DNA of 64,000 nt from Planktothrix sp. GU0601_MAG3. Lineage in GTDB: Bacteria; Cyanobacteriota; Cyanobacteriia; Cyanobacteriales; Microcoleaceae. The notes beneath the pieces were generated by a model. It did no database searches and was not told the origin of the DNA. It worked only from the letters and a program-made list of their open reading frames with translations. A program made the translations under genes and the position numbers. Below are positions 60,313 to 64,000 of this stretch, one piece after another. Position 1 is the stretch's first letter, and the number at the start of each line of letters is the position of its first letter. The DNA is taken from assembly GCA_035193785.1 (NCBI GenBank), contig CP136572.1:3988578-4052577 (forward strand), in the 5' to 3' direction.

Positions 60313-61839
60313 ATGAGTCTATTGTCTATATTAAGCTTATTGATTAGATCAACCCATAGAAATAGTGGGGTGATGGCGATAGTTTCTCTGATGATATTAA
60401 TGGTTGGGTGTTCATTCAAAGAATCCTCCCAGCCTTCCGTTGATTCCCAAACTGCGATCGCTGCTTCTATTACCCCTAATTCCCAACCGTTGAATCAGAA
60501 TAAAATATCAGGAAAACCAGAAAATTTAATCTCCCAAAATTCTGCCAAATCTCAAACTTGTATCGAAGAAAATCCCTTTGATGAATCGGTTAAATTTGCC
60601 CTACAAGCCTCTAATTTAGCTCAAACCGCCCAATCTCAATCGGACTGGGATGAAGTTGCCCGTCTATGGTTACAGGCCGTGGCGTGGATGCAAGCGGTTC
60701 CTGCTAATAGTCCTAGACGCACTTTTGCTGAGAAAAAAGTAATTGAATATATGCGAAATTTAACCTATTCTCAACAGCAAGCCGCGCGTTCGGGTTCAGT
60801 TTCTCAGTTTCCTAGTTTCGATAGTGAACCTTTAGATCAACAATTAAAATTATATTTATCTTATTTGAGTACCGTTGGCAAACCAGATATTTTAATTGTG
60901 GGAAGTTCTCGCGCATTACAAGGAGTTGATCCGGCACAAATGCAGCAAGTTTTAGCTAAAAAAGGATATCAAAATTTAAGGATTTTTAACTTTGGGGTAA
61001 ATGGTGCAACGGCGCAAGTTGTCGATTATATTTTAAGAGAAGTTTTAACTCCAGAACAACTACCTAAATTAATAATTTGGGCGGATGGAGTGCGGGCATT
61101 TAATAGTGGTCGAATTGATCGAACCTATGAGGCAATTATGGCTTCCCAAGCCCATCAAAAAATAGCTGCTGGTATTCGTCCCCAATTAGCTAAAGCTGAA
61201 CCAAATTCTCAAAACAAATGTTATCAATTGCCAAACTATTGTAAACACAAAGATAACTCTAAATTTCAGTTTCAAACTTCTCATTTTGTTAAAAAAAATG
61301 ATGATAATTTAGCTAATAATTCTCAGAAAAATTCCCCATCTAACTATCAGAATCTATTATATCGTCCTTCAGAATTTAATTTTTCTGCTACTCTTGTTTC
61401 TTTAGATGCCATTGAAGCTAATGGATTTTTACCCCTGTCTATTCGTTTTAACCCCAATACCTATTATCAACAAAAACCCTATGTTTCTGGATCTTATGAT
61501 GGGGATTATCGAGCCTTTGATTTAGGAGGAGAACAGGCTAGAGCCTTTGATTCGGTGATCGCATTTGCGAATTATAATAATATTCAATTAGTTGTTGTCA
61601 ATTTACCGATCACGGATGATTATTTAGATTCAGTGCGATGGTCTTCTGAAGTCGAATTTAATCAACAAATGAAACAGTTATCTCAGGAATATGGCTTTAT
61701 TTTTATCAACTTATCAGAAAAAGCCTTAAGAGAATATCAATATTTTGTTGATCCTAGCCATTTAAACCGCTATGGCGCTAGTTTAGTGGCGCGAGAAATT
61801 GCATCTAACCCGACAATTCCTTGGCCGCGTGTTAGATAA
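60313..61839 (+). CDS. Probable lipoprotein with SGNH-like (DUF1574-type) domain
   Basis: MVGC lipobox-like; IVGSSR, NFGVNGAT, FVDPSHLNRYGA. Confidence 0.7.
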   Translation: MSLLSILSLLIRSTHRNSGVMAIVSLMILMVGCSFKESSQPSVDSQTAIAASITPNSQPLNQNKISGKPENLISQNSAKSQTCIEENPFDESVKFALQASNLAQTAQSQSDWDEVARLWLQAVAWMQAVPANSPRRTFAEKKVIEYMRNLTYSQQQAARSGSVSQFPSFDSEPLDQQLKLYLSYLSTVGKPDILIVGSSRALQGVDPAQMQQVLAKKGYQNLRIFNFGVNGATAQVVDYILREVLTPEQLPKLIIWADGVRAFNSGRIDRTYEAIMASQAHQKIAAGIRPQLAKAEPNSQNKCYQLPNYCKHKDNSKFQFQTSHFVKKNDDNLANNSQKNSPSNYQNLLYRPSEFNFSATLVSLDAIEANGFLPLSIRFNPNTYYQQKPYVSGSYDGDYRAFDLGGEQARAFDSVIAFANYNNIQLVVVNLPITDDYLDSVRWSSEVEFNQQMKQLSQEYGFIFINLSEKALREYQYFVDPSHLNRYGASLVAREIASNPTIPWPRVR

Positions 61840-61842
61840 AAT

Positions 61843-61875
61843 TAACAGGGTTTATGAGATCACAAACCCTGTTTT
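61843..61875. terminator. Bidirectional hairpin between convergent genes
   Basis: AACAGGGTTT...AAACCCTGTT. Confidence 0.65.
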
Positions 61876-61885
61876 CCCTCCGTGA

Positions 61886-62566
61886 TTATTGGGAGGGTAA
61901 ATCACCAAAGCGATCGCGGTATTGTTGCAATAAGGTTTCCATTTCTGCTAATCTTTGTTGAGCATTGTCCGCCCGTTGGCGTTCCTGTTCTAATTGTTCA
62001 CTAACTTCCTGATAGGATAGAAAGGGAATACCATCGGGACGATAAATTTCTAATTCTTCCCCCGATAAATCAAAGCGAATGCCTAAACGGGGACTCACCC
62101 AACCGTTGATTTCTTCGATCACATCTAAACCCATTTCCCGACGTAACCACCCTTTCAATTGATTCCTGTCCGGGTCATAGATGTAATATTCTTCTACTCC
62201 ATAACGGTCATAAAATAACAGCTTTTTCTCCATATCCGTTTGGGAATTACAAGGAGAAAGAATTTCAAAGACAACTTGGGGAGGAATTCCATTTTCTTGC
62301 CATTGTTTATAGGATGGGCGATCGCCTTTTGGTCTACCCAAAGCAATCATCACATCCGGTGCTTGCACAATATTATTGCGTCCTTCAACGGGATACCAAA
62401 ATAAATCTCCGGCGACAAATACATTCGGATCATTGGCATAAAGTTGATCTAAATTCTGTTTAATAATAACAATCCAACGAAATTGTTTAGTATTATCAGC
62501 CATTGGTTTACCGTCACTTTCTGGGTAAATAATATCAGAAGATGGCAGAGATTGTAGTTGAACCAT
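61886..62566 (-). CDS. Uma2 family endonuclease-like protein
   Basis: YPESDGKPMADNT, APDV, VFEILSP, YGVEEYYIYDP. Confidence 0.9.
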   Translation of the reverse strand: MVQLQSLPSSDIIYPESDGKPMADNTKQFRWIVIIKQNLDQLYANDPNVFVAGDLFWYPVEGRNNIVQAPDVMIALGRPKGDRPSYKQWQENGIPPQVVFEILSPCNSQTDMEKKLLFYDRYGVEEYYIYDPDRNQLKGWLRREMGLDVIEEINGWVSPRLGIRFDLSGEELEIYRPDGIPFLSYQEVSEQLEQERQRADNAQQRLAEMETLLQQYRDRFGDLPSQ

Positions 62567-62670
62567 AACTTTTTTTTAGCTCTATCAGTCTAGTGTAACC
62601 AATTTATCCAATTTTGGCGACGGATCAGGGATAATAATAACAAGACTATGAGAAATAATAGGATAAAGTC

Positions 62671-63592
62671 GTGGAAATTAAACAGGTAATTATTGCCCAT
62701 AAAGCTAGAGATCCGTTAAGCAAACGCTGGGCGGAACAATATGCTAAACATTTAGAACAGCGTGGGTGTCATGTCTTAATGGGGCCCAGTGGGGCTAAAG
62801 ATAACCCCTATCCAGTTTTTCTCGCTTCTAGTAATGTTTCCATTGATTTAGCGATTGTTTTGGGTGGGGATGGCACAGCTTTAGCCGCCGCCCGGCATTT
62901 GGCTGCTGAGGGAATTCCAATTTTAGCGGCAAATGTCGGGGGACATTTAGGATTTTTAACCGAATCTTTTGAAGATGTTGAAAATACGGAAGCCGTCATT
63001 GATCGACTGTTTGAAGATCGTTATGCGCTGCAAAGTCGGGTGATGTTACAAGCGATGGTTTATGAGGGAAATCGCACGAATTTAGAACCAATTAGCGATC
63101 GCTTTTTAGCCTTAAATGAAATGTGTATTAAACCCGCTTCTGCCTATCGAATGCCCACCTCTTTTTTAGAGATGGAAGTGGATGGAGAAGTGGTTGATCA
63201 ATATCAAGGAGATGGTTTAATTGTCGGTACTCCCAGTGGTTCCACTTGTTATAATACCTCCGCCGGAGGGCCGATTTTACACCCCGGAATGGCGGCGATT
63301 AGTGTGACTCCTATTTGTCCTTTGAGTTTATCCAGTCGTCCGATTGTTTTACCTGCGGGTTTCTGTTGTTAGTGTTTGGCCGTTGGCTGACACCGAACAT
63401 GATACCAAACTCTGGATGGATGGGGTATTAGCAACATCAATTTGGCCGGGTCAACGGGTGGATGTTTCCATGGCAAATTGTGAGGCAAAATTTATTATTC
63501 TGCGGGAAAATTATTCGTTTTATCAAACATTAAGAGAAAAATTACAATGGGCTGGGGCAAGAATTCGACATATTAATAATCATCGGAATTGA
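62671..63592 (+). CDS. nadK: NAD(+) kinase; frameshift at 63359
   Basis: LGGDGT, GHLGFL, ALNE, GDGLIVGTPSGSTCY. Confidence 0.92.
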
Positions 63593-63701
63593 AGTGAATA
63601 GGAGACTCTCATACAGGATTAACTCGATCAGAATCCGAAATCCTCAAGCTCACCTTTGTAGATGGAGGTATAAAACTTCTATGTAGGTTGAATTGAAGCC
63701 A

Positions 63702-64000
63702 ATGGAAACCCGACTGCAACACCTAGTCCAAAAATTAGAAGAATTGGTAGAAGAAGAAACAGAAAGTTCAGACCATCCTTGGTTAACTCGAACAGTTTTA
63801 GAGCAGTTGTTTGATCAAAAATATGGATCTTCCCTAGAAAATATATTACAAGATTATGGCTATTTTGATCTGAAAACATTTCTGAGAAAAAGCCATATTT
63901 TTGCTATTTATGAAACACCAATTCCTCAAAATTTTTATATTTCTTTACTCCGAAAAACGGTTCCTGGTCATAAACAATCTTCAATTAGCAATCAATCAAT
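63702..64000 (+). CDS. Hypothetical protein, 5' partial (runs off the window)
   Basis: Open frame METRLQHLVQKLEEL...FDQKYGSSLE..DYGYFDLKTFL to the window end. Confidence 0.55.
   Translation, partial: METRLQHLVQKLEELVEEETESSDHPWLTRTVLEQLFDQKYGSSLENILQDYGYFDLKTFLRKSHIFAIYETPIPQNFYISLLRKTVPGHKQSSISNQS

Noticed and set aside
61886..62566. Uma2 protein as an active restriction system
   Set aside because: A highly expanded cyanobacterial family; no adjacent methyltransferase

Overview
Chromosomal window from a filamentous cyanobacterium. Dense HIP1 GCGATCGC octamers, heptamer short tandem repeats (STRR) and the gene content suggest Oscillatoriales, probably Planktothrix-like (inference). Content is mostly housekeeping and signalling: cofH, tgt, cobS, ilvD, ccsA, sqdB, cpcT, aspS, cobN, NAD kinase, alpha-amylase, a GAF-PAS-GAF-GGDEF cyclase, several histidine kinases and regulators, and a MazF-type toxin-antitoxin pair. 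The strongest signal is that all 32 frameshifts I traced by hand, including those in essential genes, are repaired by one edit: GAAAC->GAAC or GTTTC->GTTC (one site needs two bases removed). This looks like motif-specific long-read miscalling at GAAC/GTTC, the known target of Dnd DNA phosphorothioation, and suggests a DNA modification is imprinted in the assembly. Other points: a WecG-type glycosyltransferase fused to MshEN-like c-di-GMP motifs near a cyanobacteriochrome diguanylate cyclase; an rtcB broken inside its intein and joined head-to-head with a truncated DUF3598 gene, behind a 45-bp tandem-amplified REP-like element; an overlapping radical SAM/methyltransferase pair; two small proteins missed by the ORF track (one likely AtpTheta); a candidate structured ncRNA; and several MITE/REP elements. 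All assignments are from motif recognition by eye; no database searches were run.
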